64,000 nt of DNA, taken from Rhizophagus irregularis. Its lineage: Eukaryota. Below the pieces are notes generated by a model. That model did no database searches. It saw only the letters and a list, made by a program, of their open reading frames with translations, and was not told the origin of the DNA. Of this stretch, positions 1-14,398 are shown piece by piece. Made by a program: the position numbers and the translations under genes. The DNA lies in NCBI RefSeq assembly GCF_026210795.1, contig NC_089430.1, positions 3,596,001-3,660,000 on the forward strand. The letters run 5' to 3'. Position 1 is the first letter of the stretch, and each line of letters starts with the position of its first letter.

Positions 1-1101
1 AATAAACAGCTATAGTAATATTAGATATACAGAATATGCCTTATAAAATCATATGTAAATTAAATAATTGGTTAGTCTATTAGCTTAAAATAAATATTAC
101 TAATAAAGACATTTACAAAAATATCAAATTTTTGAAGTAAAAGAAATATGAATATTATCATTAGTATTAAAGTACAAGTAAAAAATGTGGATAGTATTGT
201 TAATATTATGATATGAAGTAACAAAAAAGTAAAAAAAATGTATTAGTATTAAAATAATAAGTATTAATAAACAAATATATAAATGTATTATACATAATTA
301 AAAAATATTGAACAAAAAAATAAAAAAATAAAAAAATAAAACAAAATAAAAAATGAACATGTTATTAGTATTAAGATAAAAAAATGTAGCTAGTATTATT
401 AGTATTGTTAATATTAAAGTACAAGTAAAAAGAAATAAAAGAAATATGAATAGTATTATTAATATTATAATATAAAATAATAAAGTAGTAAAAAATACTA
501 GTATTAAAATAACAAATATTTCTATACTTGCAAAGTAATATATGTAAATATATTGTAAATAATTTTAATGTTAAAATATATTGAACAAAAAAATAAAGAA
601 ATATAAAAACTAAAAAGAGATAAAAAAAAATTAAAAAATATTAGATAAAAGAAGAAAAGGAAAAACAAAAAAATAAATAAGACAAAAAACACATATATAA
701 TTCAGCCTAATTTTGATTGATCAGAAAAAATGATATTATAAAATTATAGAAATTCTCAACATGAACATGATATAAATAAATTGTGATTGAATTTGTGTTG
801 ATAATTCTGGTAAAAATTTGTTTTTTTTTGGCCAAATTTTGTTAAATTTATTAAATTTATATTGAACTTGTATTGAATTTGTATTGTTAATTTTTTAATT
901 TATCACAAGAGGATGATATTTATTAACTATAAAGGTCATATGTAAATTTACTTAACTAAAATATAAATATATATAAATTAGCAGTTTAATACCTTAGAAT
1001 TCCAGCAGATTTCTACTAATTAGCAGTTTAATGCCTTAGAATTCCAGCAATTTTCTACTAATTAGTAATTTAACACCAATAGAATTTAAGAAAAAAATAA
1101 G

Positions 1102-1164
1102 GTAAAAACTATTAGTAAAGAGCTAATTTTCTAAGTGACTTTTATTATAAGTAAGCAGGATCCT
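1102..1164. mobile_element. Right end of an AGGATCC-terminated non-autonomous TIR element (same family as 21035-25634)
   Basis: GTAAAAACTATTAGTAAAG...TTATTATAAGTAAGCAGGATCCT closely matches 25571-25634. The left end was not found in the window. Confidence 0.65.
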
Positions 1165-1343
1165 GTTACCATCTTATTCCACTTTAGCTGTATCTTATAT
1201 ATGTAATGTGCATGATAATCTGGCATTAATTTCACATAATATAAACTTTAATTACAACATATACAAATTATGAATTTTTGTGATGCAGAATTTTTATTAT
1301 ATAAAGAAACTAATTTCCATTAATTTACATTAATTTATTAAGA

Positions 1344-1814
1344 TAGTGAAATTCAATAAACCAGAGCTATTAGTTCCACTAAAAATATCCAGTTTATTGG
1401 GATATCTAGTATAATGGAAAAATTTTGATATACTAAAAATCTATTATACTGAATTTTTAAAAAATTTTTTATGCTAATAAAACTAATAATTATACACTAT
1501 ATTTTAATTTTTTTATCTTAGTTTTAAGTCATGAAAATGAATATAAAATATTTTTAACTGAATATATAAGTAATATATAACTTCAGCCAGAATTAAGGTT
1601 TTATAATTCTGACCAAAATAAAGATTTACCGCATCACTTGTTAATTATCACGTGATCCTATTTATCGAATCATCTGGTTAGAAAATTGATCCGTTATAGC
1701 GAATATCAAGCTTTTACTAGTAAACTCCGGTATATCGAAACTATTTTAATATATGTGATTTGGTTCCAACAAAAAAGTCCGGTTTAGGCAAATTCGGTTT
1801 ATCGAATTTCATTG
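1344..1814. mobile_element. Degenerate Tc1/mariner-pogo-like MITE
   Basis: TAGTGAAATTCAATAAACC at the left is an imperfect inverted repeat of GGTTTATCGAATTTCATTG at the right. Confidence 0.45.
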
Positions 1815-2370
1815 TGTATGTTGTAAATTTAAATTTACAGTAAAGTGTTATTATACGACCAAACAGGATTATGTTTTTGACATTATTGCATAAAATATTA
1901 TTTAGATTAAATATTACATAATTATATCAAATTTTATAGGTAAAATACCAACTAGCTTATTGAGTGAAACATGATCTTGAATGTCTGAATAATATAATAT
2001 CATCGCAGTTCGGTGATATTTAACCTCCTTGCCCGATAACTATTATATATTTTAATTACCTCAAAATTTTATATGTTTTGAATTCATAACTTTTTTATTT
2101 ATAAATTAAATATTCTAGTAATTTCTGAATTCTAAAGATCTAAGTATTAATTACTCGGAAGATATGCATTATTAGCCTCATTAAAAAAAATGAAATGCTT
2201 TTACAATCCACCTGATAATCAAAAATTGAATCTATGCCAAGATTATATACATTAATGAAGAGAGAATACAATTCATCTCTTCTGAAATTGCAGGAAAAAT
2301 TAAATATTAAGAACAAAAAATAACAGTTTAAATAAAATTGTGAAATTACCTCATGTTTTTTTTTTATAAT

Positions 2371-4523
2371 TTATCGTAAATCGATCACATTAAGTTCCAT
2401 ATTTTTTTCTAAAATAACATGACCTTGGTCCACAATATTCTACAAAAAAAAAAATTATATTTTTATTATATAAAATATATTTAAAAAAACTTGAACAACG
2501 AATTCAACAAACTTTGTCAATAGGTAAATCAGATTTATGAGGATGAAATCCTCTTTCTGTGCATCCAAGAACAATCTGTAATCCTGGTGGATTAGTTAAT
2601 CGAAAGATCCCAAAGCTATATAAAGAAAAATTATTTAATGATTATTAAAAGAAAAAAAAATCCGAAATTTGAAGGAAAAAAATTACTTTGGATCATGCCT
2701 CGGTGCACACACAATAGCAATTGCTTCTGGAGAAATAACTTGATATGAAGAGTGTGTATGTAAATCCATCGAACTCATAAAACAAGTTTGTGATGGATGC
2801 GTCTGAAATTTGATTCAAATAGTTTCTTAAGAATTCTTCGTTGCATAAATAAAGTCCAAATAAAAAAGTATTTACATGTATCCACCCTAACATTATTAAA
2901 CCTCTTTCTTCGGCATAATCTATTAATTCTTCTTCATTCGTCATAGTACATGTATCTGAAGTAGCAGTTTGCTTAGGAATAATTAATGTACTGATAGAAA
3001 ATACGTTTCTTGCCTTAAGAAGATATTTTATGATATCGTTAAATATAAAATATCGAGATAATATTGAAAAACAAAACAATGACATACTAAGCTTCCAAAC
3101 AGAACTCCACATGTTTCTAGATTCTTTAAAGTGTTTTTGGCAGCAATTTTAGTAAAGTTTTCATATATATCACTTGAAAGACGTACTTTTCGAAGACCTT
3201 CACCGCCCTCGGTGAAAGCGGCAAATTCTGAAGATTTATATAGAAAATCGTTTAATTCCTATATCATAATTATAATCCTATTAGTAAAAGTGAAGTAAAA
3301 ACCTGGTTCACTTTTATGAATAGATTCAACATTAGGAATATTATATGGAACTGTCGAATTGTAAGTTGTCGACATATATTCATTTGGTTTCGGTGGAAGT
3401 TGTGGGGGTTCATATTTCACTTTAGGAGGCAATTCTGGTGAATATTTAATTTGTGTAGAAGTAGATATTCCAATAGTTGGCATTTCCACAGACGGATAAG
3501 TATATCTAATTGAGTTGATAACTAGGTTATTTACATATAAAACGAAATTAATATCTATGAATTTAGTTAATTACTAAATACCCATCACTTTGATTTCGCA
3601 TTGAAATTCCAGGATATTCAACCTACGAAGATATTTAGAAGGTAAGTTTTCGCGTATAAAAAAAATATAACAATTAACCAAAATTAACGCATTTACCGAA
3701 CGATAAGACTGTTCCTCATGTATACTTTATTAAAAAAGGATCGAAGTATGAAATTTTTGATATAATAGTAAAAAGTATGAATAATAAAATTTTACATACG
3801 AGTTATTATTGTAAGTGAATTTATTTGACGGTAAATCTTTCAACTGCTCAGCCAAATTCCAATTTTCATAAGGGACGTAAGTTTGTTGCAATGGAGGTAG
3901 CGGACGAGGTGAGCTTTCGGGTTTTTGCATGGACCGATACCGGGCTTCGTCTTCAGCAATTTCCTTTTCAGCTATTTGTCTAAAACGATCTTCTAATATA
4001 GGTTTTAAAGCTGCGATTTCATTAAGCACCTCCTTTGTATTCTAAATGAAAAAAAAGTCCTAAATCAGTGCTTGATTGAAGATCGGTCGAGAAACTCCAT
4101 TATGGGTACTTTACTTTAAGTAATTCATTTCGTCCAGCCTTATGTTCTGGCTTTTTATAGTCTGGATGACTCGGCAGTTTCTCAATGGCCAGACTATTTC
4201 ACAGAATGTTAAATTTTTAATAATTATATGACAATTTTTAAAAAAATAAAATTATTACTTACGTGGCATATCTCATATAGAATTTATATGCGTTCACTAA
4301 GTCATTCTCTTTCATGTAAAGCCTTGACTATAATGAATATTTGCTGAATTTCAGGTTTTTTCAGAAAAAAGAAGGCATTAAAAAGGTTTACCTGTCGCAA
4401 CAACGTGTTTGCTGAACGAAAGTAAATTTTTAGAGCACCACCGGGAATGTATCTGACTTGAGAAGCCTCTTCTACAAGCCGTTTCATTTTCATAGAAACG
4501 AATTCTGTAGGGTCCTTAGACAT
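2371..4523 (-). CDS. sst2: AMSH/STAMBP-like JAMM/MPN+ deubiquitinase (multi-exon)
   Basis: ATG at 4523. N-terminal USP8-dimer/MIT-like region ([11 protein letters not shown]...EKLPSHPDY). Spliced JAMM motif [25 protein letters not shown]...[10 protein letters not shown]-terminus GFHPH...VIDLR* with TAA at 2371-2373. GT-AG introns. Confidence 0.92.
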
Positions 4524-4693
4524 TGTTATGAAATATCTATTCGCAATTTTTCACAGTTGAATACTTTTTAAACTGAAGAGGTTTGTCTCACAATTCCCTT
4601 TTTAATTTAGCTTATTTTTAAGCTATTTAGGCAGGTGTAACTTAAGGAATAGATAATCATTTGTTAAATTTTTTCAGTGCAAAATAAAGAATA

Positions 4694-5350
4694 ATGGCCT
4701 CTTCAACTCGTGCTGCAGCTGCGATCGATTGGTCAAAACTTACGGTCTCTTTAGGGTTAAAAAAAGAAACAGTAGCTGCACTTCAAGCCTTTCGTAAGCG
4801 TAATGATGAGGCAAGAAGGGTAGTTTCAGCTTTGAAAGAACAAAAAACTGACATTAACTTTGAACATTATAGAAAGATCTTGAAGAATAAAAGTATTGTA
4901 AATGAAGCTGAAAATGCTCTAAGAACCTTTGAACCTGCAAAAATTGATCTTACAACACAAATGAGAGCTGTTGAAACTATTGAGACAAAGGCGGTAAGAA
5001 ATAGTGGATTATATAAGTTAAGCTTTACCTTTTTTTTTTTAAGAAAAAAAAATTTTTTAGGTTGAAAATGCAAAAAAGACAGCAGCAAGAGTTGATACAG
5101 AATTGAGAGATTTACATAATACATTAAAGAACATTGAACAAACAAGACCATTTGAAAGCATTACTGTATGTTATTTATTTATATTTGTATAATATGTCCT
5201 TTATTACTAAAATTATTTTGATTATTTTCCTTTTAGATTGAGGAAATCGTTAAAGCTAAACCTGAAATCAATGATATTGTAGAGAAGATGGTTAAAAAAG
5301 GACAGTGGAGTGTTCCTGGTTATGAAGAAAAATTTGGCTATGGTGCCTAA
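4694..5350 (+). CDS. ATP7: Mitochondrial ATP synthase subunit d (3 exons)
   Basis: MASSTRAAAAIDWSKL...AFRKRNDEARR...INFEHYR, ending KGQWSVPGYEEKFGYGA* (TAA 5348-5350). Introns at about 4993-5060 and 5166-5236. Confidence 0.95.
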
Positions 5351-5575
5351 GAAAGTATCATTATATAGTTATTGGCGAATTTATATAGTAACTACTAGTA
5401 GTGCGACTCAAATTGATGTATTAGTGAATTGTTTATTATGCCTATTTCGCCAAAATACAATGTTGTATAAAATGAGATGGTTAATTTTAATTATTATTAA
5501 ATTTTTATTTACAAAATGATTTTGCTAAATAATTATATATATTATTAAATTTATAATTAGTCTCAAAATCATTTT

Positions 5576-8500
5576 TTATCGTCGTATTTTCTTCTTGGTG
5601 CGAACATCTGTCAGACTTTGAAAACTTTCATCACTTCCTGACAGTTCATTTCCTTCATTACTGGCCTCCTCTTCATCCTTATCATGTCGTCTTCTGTTAT
5701 TTGTAGGCTTTCTTTTCTTTGGAGACCTTAAATTCTCATCATCATCATCAATTGGTGCAGACCGTTTATTGCCTGTCGGCTTTTCATTGCTGTTAACTAA
5801 AGAATTATTCGTATCTTCAACATTGAATGAAGACATCCCGATACGTTCTTTCGTAGAAGTAACAATCCCTTCATAATTTTCTTGATTCTCCGAGTTCGAA
5901 TCAATGTGCTCATCATGCTTTGCATTGCGTTTCAAAGATTGTCGATTTTTAGTATTGTTGGCAGATCGTCTTTTACTTGGATCACCAGCGGAGTTATCTA
6001 CTTGGATAGAAGTATACATAAATTAATCATATAAGAACCATATAATCATTTTTCTTCTAAGTAAATGAAATGATCTATACCTATTCTAACCCCTCCTTTC
6101 GTCATTATGTTACTAAGCTTCTGCACATATAAATAGTAAGGTTCCCATTGTTTATCCAGTTCTGATGGGTGAACCTCATGAGTATTCATCTCTTGTTGAA
6201 GAATTGAATATCTAAAATTTAAAAACGAAAGTAAGGATTACAGTACTAAATCATAGACTATATACCATACGACTTACATTTGTTGAGCATCTTTCACTTT
6301 CATTCCTCCTACCATCATGCTTAAAATTTTGAAGAACTTGATTGCTTTCATAACTTCCTCATTTTTATCGAGTACTTTGAATTTCGTTATTATTGATGTA
6401 GTATACAAAATTCCTGTACGATGTAAATCGACAAAATAGTCGACAATCTTGCGCGTTGTTTTATCAATGGTCTCTCGTAATTGCAAGGCGTTTGTGCAGA
6501 GACGAACAAGTGATGTTGTTCCATTCATTGTATCAACATGTCCTTCCACATATAGTTCATGGGACTAAATTTAATCGAATATCAAAATTGAATAAATTAT
6601 TAAAAAAAAAAAATGAAGCATTAATGAACTTTGCACATGAATACCTTTTTCAACGATGAGATGCATATTTTCGCGAATGATTTTGCTTCACCTCCTAATA
6701 CAAGATCCTTAAAATCTTGTATTAGTTTTTTAATTAAGTTGTCTAGATCACTAACAAGAGTCCCTAGTTGACACATCACAATAGCAACACGTGACTCTTG
6801 AAACCAACCACCCCTAACTCCTCGTGCAAGAGTCCCGATAATGTCCAAAATTTGTTGTTTTTCTTCAGGATCAATAAATATCTCCATATTTTTCATTACT
6901 ATGAGTTTATAACGTAAAGGTTTAGCTTACTTTGGTTTATTAAGAGTAATATTTGCTGAGATAAACGATATTAAAAACAACGTACGTTTTTTAAGTCTTT
7001 CATATTCTTGTTCTTTAAAATTATCGTATTCTTGTTTAAGAGTTTCATTAATTTGCAACAGAAGTTTTTCATATTCTTTAAGTTTTTCGGATTCTTGTTC
7101 CGTTTGATCATTTTTGTTCTGGATCTCTTCCAACCTTCTTCTAAATTTTTCATTTTCTGGTTGAACTTTATTTTGAGAAGCTTTGCTTAATGCAGCCTCT
7201 AGCATTTTCAATGCTTTATCCTCTAGCTTCGATCTTGTTTCCATCTCGAACCTTGATTTTATTGACAATATTGTATTCCTAAAATTCTCTATTTCCTCAG
7301 TAACAAATTGTTCAATTCTTTCTTGTAAATCTGCGTGACAAGAAAGCCTCAATTTGGAAAGACTAGGCCGATGATTACTGGAATAAAAAATGTCACTCGA
7401 AAACAGCCAATATATATTACCAAGAGTTGAAAATGCCTAATTATTGTGATCATTAAAAACAGTTAATATACAACCCAATTTATTAATAAGATGAACAATA
7501 AAAATATATATTACTGCTGTTTTAACTTTCAAAAGTGCCCCTGAAGAAATCGAAACGCCTACTTCAAACAAAGTTTGAACTATCTGGTCTCTTCTAACAA
7601 TTAAGTCATTCATTTTATCAAGTGATATATCTGAAGCTGGTTGATTTTTGGGCATCAGAATTTCATTAGCTTTCCAAAGTAAATAGTTCCAAATGCAGCT
7701 AATTGCCGAACAGACCATCTAAAATAGTAATAATCAATATATATCACATTACTTATAATATAATTTGAGGATCAGAGAAAACAACTTACCTGTTGTTCTT
7801 CCATATTATTCAACAAACCTCGTCGAATCAATTCGATAAAACAAGAATATATGTCTTTGCGATTATCATCGCACTCTTCAACAACATCAGTTATGCACTT
7901 ATAGCCGATTAATGTTTCGAATCTAGTTAAAGATACTCCTAATGAATGAACTTGATCACTAGTCAACTCCATTGTCAACAGTTCCTTTGGATTACAAAAG
8001 AAAAAAAAATTTTTATAAATGAATTATCACTATTATCTCGCAACAATAAATTAAGGAAATAACATTACCTTATTGTCGCATTCTTCTATAAATGTTTGAA
8101 TAACCACTTCCTGCAATTCTCCCAGGTTAGCCTCTGTAGTCGAGGCAAAGCTTTCGTATGCCTCCATATGTGAGAAAGTTCTAACTGCATGAGTAAGAAC
8201 TAACGGATGTGTGTGCTTCAAGAAGAGCTTCTTGACATCTTCGATAAGTAACTCGTAGGCCTATTGGCAAAATTTATATATAAAAAAGCTTTTATGTAAC
8301 ATAAGTCACTCTCAGTACTCTACCTTTAACATACGCAATTCTGAATATACTTGTAGATTCATTAACGGTGGTATTTGCAAAACCTCCGCTATCCGACCTG
8401 CATCAGGAGCATATTTTGTCAAGAGTCGAGGTAAAGTATGTACCATTGTTCTTGAAACTTCATCGCGTATTTCTTCGATCTGTACTTCAGTCTAAAATTT

Positions 8501-11500
8501 AAATTGGTAATTAGCCAGAATCTCGTAAAAATTTAATTATATAAACTCTGGGAATTAACCTTTTTCTTGTCTCTACTTATTGGGTCGGCAAGAATTAATT
8601 TGAGACATGCAACGAGAACCTGGACTAGCACAGATTCTTCACGTTCACTAAGCCTATAACAATCTTCAATAGCATCTACAGGATTGTCTCCTCCCTGAGG
8701 ATCTTTTGCAGTACTAGAACTATTCGTCAAAGTATGATCTTTGGAGAGGTATTCGGCTAAACTATGCCAGTCATGTAATATTTCCATTTCATTCCAAAGA
8801 GCTTCAATAGCTAATGCTATTCTATTGTTTTTTACATCTCCGATAGATAAAATTGAAGATCCATCTTCATATTCATCACTATCATTACTTTCGTCAATTT
8901 CATCATTCATCTCATCATCTTTCCGAGAGTTTTCGGTTGGCTTTCTATATTTCACCAAAAACTCTGCCAAACACTTAAAAGCTACCCAATCGCGTTTTAC
9001 GGAACTTGCAATTTCATTACCACTACCATTTCTGTTTCTTCTTTTCGTTACACCGTTACTAGATAGGAAAGTTTGAACTTTTTTAAGTTTTGAACTAATG
9101 AAATCCTCATCCAGTAAATCCTTAACGAATGGTGCAATCGCTTTCCTCACTTTTGATAAATCACTATATATGAGAAGCGATAACTCATCCCGATCTTCAT
9201 CTTCTAATAAACCTGATCTATATATTTGAGTCAATAAACTTATGGTAGTAATTCGAACACTAAGTTCGGACTCCCGCGAAGCCATTTCAATTAAACGTGG
9301 CTTGAATCGTTCGGTAAAATTTCGTAGTCCGCTTATAAACGTCTCGTTGATATATAGACGTGATAACGATTTAATGGCTTCTATTCTCGCTACTGGTGAC
9401 TAATTATCGTATAAAGTCAATATAAAGAAAATATAAATTATAAACTTTAAACTTTAAAATATACAGGATAAAAATTTTTTTTATTACCTTATCTGATAAC
9501 TGCCAACCAAGATATCTTGTAACTTTATCTTCTAGGAATCGATCAGGATATTTAATGATCCAGACTCCTAATTCCTTTACACATTCTGCTCGTATTATAG
9601 CTTCTACATCTCGATAACGATGAATAAATACACTATGTTACGAAAAAAATTAAATTAAATAAAATCAACTAGAATAAATTATAAATAATACAGTGATTTA
9701 TATATTAACCCATTAAAAAAATCATTGAAATAGATTTCTAATCGTTGCTTTTTCTCAGTTAATTCTGCTGTTTTTGACCGTAAACTACTCATCCTATCTT
9801 GATTCCTTAAATTTCTTAAATTTTTGTTCTTTATTTGTTCCGAAGTTAGCTGACGTGTAGCAATGTTCAATTCAGTTTGAACTTCTTGGGCAACCTCGCA
9901 AAGACAGCTTAATAAAAAAAGAGCAATTGCAGTTGCGGTATGTCGAAAAGGTCGGAAAGCAGAACTAAAAAAGTTTAATAAATAAATGAGAATAGACTTA
10001 ATTAAAAAAAAAAAAATCTTAATACCGAAATAGGTTTAGATACCACACCTTGACATCGAGCAGACCCAAGCATATATAGTTTCACAGAAAATACTATCAT
10101 ATAGTATAGAATGTTTAACTTGCTTTATCAACCTATGGAAAAATTCCAAAAAACTTTTACGGAATTTTTTAAAATCCTTAGCTTTGGAAACAAGAGGATA
10201 ATCTGTGATAAGTTCCTATTAAAATATTATAGCGTTAATGAAAATAAATACTTAGAAAATAACTTATAAGATAACATTTACCTTTTTAAATGCGTTTTGC
10301 AGTCCGTTTAGAACGTCAACAATTGCATCTTCATCTTTAATAGCCTCCTTTTCGATTGTTTCAGGACATCCGCAAGACTAAATTTAATACAATACAATTT
10401 ACTAAAGCTTGAATTTAACGTAAAATTTTTAACAAAGTATGAAATCCTGTACGTACCCGAATTATGAAATTGAGCAATATAAGTAAAGCTCTTTGATTAT
10501 CAATTTCGTAAGTTTCTACCCAATCCGAAACAATATTCTCTAAATTAACATTTGGCATAAGAATTGCCTCTGAAGATAAAGTATATCGATAAGTGAATAA
10601 CAAGTAACACCAAATAAGGAAATTTCTTCTCTAAAATTTAACAACGTACGATAAAGTGACAATCCACTATCTTCTAAATGGTCACGAGAACTTATAGTAT
10701 TTTGTTCATTCGCAACCGAAGATCGCAGAGAAGGCGTATTTTCTGGAGCACTTTCATGTGCACTTTCATAGATTTCACCTAAAATATTTCCAGTAACAAC
10801 TTCGCCTATATTTTCGGGTGAATTCCCTATAGCGTTTTCAGGTGTACTTTGCCGCGTATCAGTCTTAGTTTTCTTTACCCTACGAGATTCTGTTAACTTT
10901 GCAGGACCCGAAGATTTTTTAGGCCTTCCTCGCTTTCTTCGTAGTGAAATATTGGTTTCATCATTAACCATCTCATCATCAGAACTATTTTTATCATGAA
11001 CTTCACTGGACTGTGTAGATGAGTTCTTTCTTGATCTTCCACGCTTTCTTCGAATTTCTGGTTCTGATAGATTAGATACTTCCTCCTCAACAACCTCTTT
11101 ATCGTGATCATTGCCTATATCTGTGGATGAATTTTTCTTTGGCCTTCCCCGTTTTTTTGGAGCTTCAGTATTAGACTTTCCAGCTTCATCCGAGACATCT
11201 TGATCTTCACTATATTCTATGTTTTTTGGCCTTCCTCGCTTTTTTCGACCTTCGGATACTGAGCTACTTGACTCATTAGCCATTCCATCGGAACTGTTTT
11301 TATCAGAAACATCGTTAGATTTATATATTGAATCCTTCTTTGATTTTCCTCTCTTCCGTCGAATCTTTGGTTCCGCTGTATTTGAATCATTAGCTGATCC
11401 ATTGTCAGAACTATTTTTTTCACTAGATTGAGTAGAAGAATTTTTTCTTGGTCTTCCCCGCTTTTTTTGAACATTCAGAGCTAATGTGTTGGACTCATAA

Positions 11501-12105
11501 TCGGGGGCACTGATATCATTATTCTCACTTGAATTTGCAGTTGAAGATTTCCTAGGTCTTCCTCGCTTTCTTTTAACGTCTTGTGCTGATATATTGGTAT
11601 TATTGAGCATTTCAATATCCGAAACATTCTTATTATCATCATCATCTATCTCATCATTATTGCCTATACGACGTGATTTTCGTCGAGTAGTTGATGCTAT
11701 ATTCGAAATTATATTTAACTAATAGTATATTCATGAAAATAAGAAAACAAAAAGGACGTACTTTCATCTTGCAATAACCAACTTGGTGGTTTCCTTGTCC
11801 TAGTTGATCTCCGCAAGTTTGATATATTGGTTTCTTTTTAAAAGATGTTATATATTTATTTAGCCTTTATGAGAAAGTGTTTGAATCTTATAAAAAAAAA
11901 TATATATATGTATACTTGTTGAAGTTTCAGTTTCTGCCTCTGAAACTTTATCTTGAGTCTTTTCTGAACGTTCCTCATTATCAGAGGGCTGTGATCCGAT
12001 ATCCATCTATTTGTGCTTAAATTGTTTAAATGATCAATATTATAAAATCGTCTAAATTCTAATATTTACCTCCATTTCTAAATAGGATCCCGAGTTAGTA
12101 GTCAT
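5576..12105 (-). CDS. SCC3: Cohesin subunit Scc3/SA (STAG domain) with a long N-terminal AT-hook-rich disordered extension
   Basis: STAG/SCD motifs SAFRPFRHTAT, VFIHRYRDVEAIIRAEC, RYLGWQLSDK and RFKPRLIEMA. In-frame GT-AG exons join ORF 10540-11610 and upstream micro-exons to an ATG at 12105. Stop at 5576-5578. Confidence 0.9.
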
Positions 12106-12174
12106 TTTCTATATTTAATCTGAAAGTAACAAACTTTTAGGAAAATTCGTAAATCAATAAAAAAAAAAATAGCT

Positions 12175-12412
12175 CGCGAAAATGGGTTTCAAAAGGACAA
12201 GGTAATATTCAATAACAAAATAAAACTTAAGTATACCTGATGATAAAACTGAGCTTTTGAAAAAAGTTATAGATTGTAATAATATTATTGTATCTTTTGT
12301 TATTATATTTTAACAAGTTGCTTGATATTTAAGAAGGTGGTGGAAAAAAGTGTGTTTAAAACGCGTGGATAAGATACGTCTGAAACCACTAAGAAAGTTA
12401 TTTGGTACGCGT
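12175..12412. promoter_or_regulatory. Putative G1/S cell-cycle elements upstream of SCC3 (two MCB boxes, one SCB/E2F-like site)
   Basis: ACGCGT at 12361-12366 and 12407-12412, and CGCGAAA at 12175-12181, all in CpG-poor DNA 70-310 bp upstream of the SCC3 ATG. Confidence 0.5.
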
Positions 12413-12722
12413 TTTTGGGGTTTGCTTTATATTCAAAATTTTACACAATGAATCACAGGGACGTCACTATAGTAAGTTATTTAGTTTCGAAACATAGTTA
12501 GAAAAATGGCCGGAGTTACCATTTTTTTAGCCGTATTTACACACAGTAATTTGTGGCCAACCAATCATAGTTGCCATTTTTTCCGAAAACTTCGTATTAC
12601 TATAATCATAGCAAGTATGGACACGTGAATAACCAAGCCAGTATAAAGTTTTTCGAAACATCATGTAATTTATTAGGAATACAGTACGTTTAAACCGTTA
12701 AAGCACTATATCTGAAATGTAA

Positions 12723-14253
12723 TTATGCAGAGGGATTATACACCTTTCTTAATTCATTAATATCAACTTTGATTAAAGTTATTGGACATCGCTCATAATC
12801 TTCAATATAGCTAAAAATACAAGGATAGCAAAAAACATATCCAGACGGAAGTGCTGTCGTATTAGTTAGAAGGTTCGTACAAATTGGACATACATTAGGT
12901 GATTCTGGAAGCGGAATTCCTCGCGGATCAGGCTAATAAATTTAAATAAAAAATTAACGAACCGTTTAAAAGCGAAATATCATTGCGTAAAACAATACCG
13001 CTATAATATCAGGAGGTGGCACATCTACTCTATTTTCAATACCAGGCCGTCTTGCGTATTCGCTCGAATACCACCACTCCAGAAATCTGGAAAAGAATAT
13101 AGACATCTGCAATAAACTTTTGAGAAAGTTTAACAAGTCTGATAAAATTATACTTAAAAAGTTGCGAGTGGCCTGAAGTAATGTTTTTGTTGATAAATTA
13201 TTTCTTGTTGAATTTAATCTTCGTTCAAACTGTTCATATAAATAATTTGTCACATTAAAATACTATAAAACGAGACCATGAACCATATTTACTCACGTAA
13301 TCTTGCGCACTCATTCTCCGGACTTCTATACCCATTAGGCTTAGCCAAGGCGTATAACAACGTGTTTTATCATATAGATATAGAACGTTATATAATAGTA
13401 TTGAACCATGATATAAAGCATTCAACCATGGATAAAGTATCTTGAATAAATTTCGTATGAAACGATGTACGCGCTCTTTACAATTAAGCTATTCAATTTA
13501 TTAAAAAAACAAAACTTTTCTTCAACTCAACTTTAATAAATTAAATCATACGAACTTGTCTCTCATTATGTACTCGAGAAAATGTGCCACCTAGTAATCT
13601 TACACGTGCGTTTTCACTAACTTTTTCATATAAATCGTCAAGTTTTGTTTTTATGTATGGAATTCCAACCTTTTAATTTGAAATTAACAATGTTACGATT
13701 AAATAACAATTTTAAGAACACTGTGGATCGATTAAATTTTTACCAAAAAAAATAAGGATCGCCACATATCAGAATTTCTCAATTTTTGTAAATCAACATC
13801 CGGTGCTGCCTCCGGTAAATCGATTTTTGTATTTATTAATCGAATTCTTTTCAATCCATAAAAGCTCTCAGCAAAAGATGCGTCTAAAAAAATTTGAATA
13901 AAGATTATTAGAAATTGAAAACAACACTTTTAAAATTACATTATCAAATTTTACAATAATTTTTCAAGTATTGTCTTTCTATCAATAACATAGCGACAGC
14001 ATAAAATTCATCAAATCGATTAACTATACGAAGCAAATACCGAGGATATCGTTGAGCATAAACCTATTTATAAGTTTTTAAAAAATTCAGCCATTCTCAT
14101 AAGTTACGATCCTGTAGTAAAACCAATATTTACCGATAAAATATATCTGACAGCTGGTTGAATAAGCGCTCGCAACTTTTCTTGTGCTAATAATTCGAAC
14201 AAAGAGGGCCGATATATATCGGCACCTGAGCTAATATCACTCATAAATTCCAT
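12723..14253 (-). CDS. PEX12: Peroxisomal RING ubiquitin ligase subunit Pex12
   Basis: MEFMSD...[63 protein letters not shown], and a C-terminal [29 protein letters not shown]...CPIT. Stop at 12723-12725. Confidence 0.95.
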
Positions 14254-14398
14254 CGTAGGAAGGAATAAAACTGTTAAAATGGCAATCACATTTCGCTTTC
14301 TAGATTTTTATTTCAATAAATTACGATTTTGCCCATTTTTGTTATTGATCTTCACTTAAATAAAAAAATTAACAAACTTTTTTGAAATTTATTAAATC

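Noticed and set aside
8741..9076. Antisense ORFs over SCC3, the kinase, the kelch gene and the LINE
   Set aside because: They are shadow frames of real coding sequence on the other strand.
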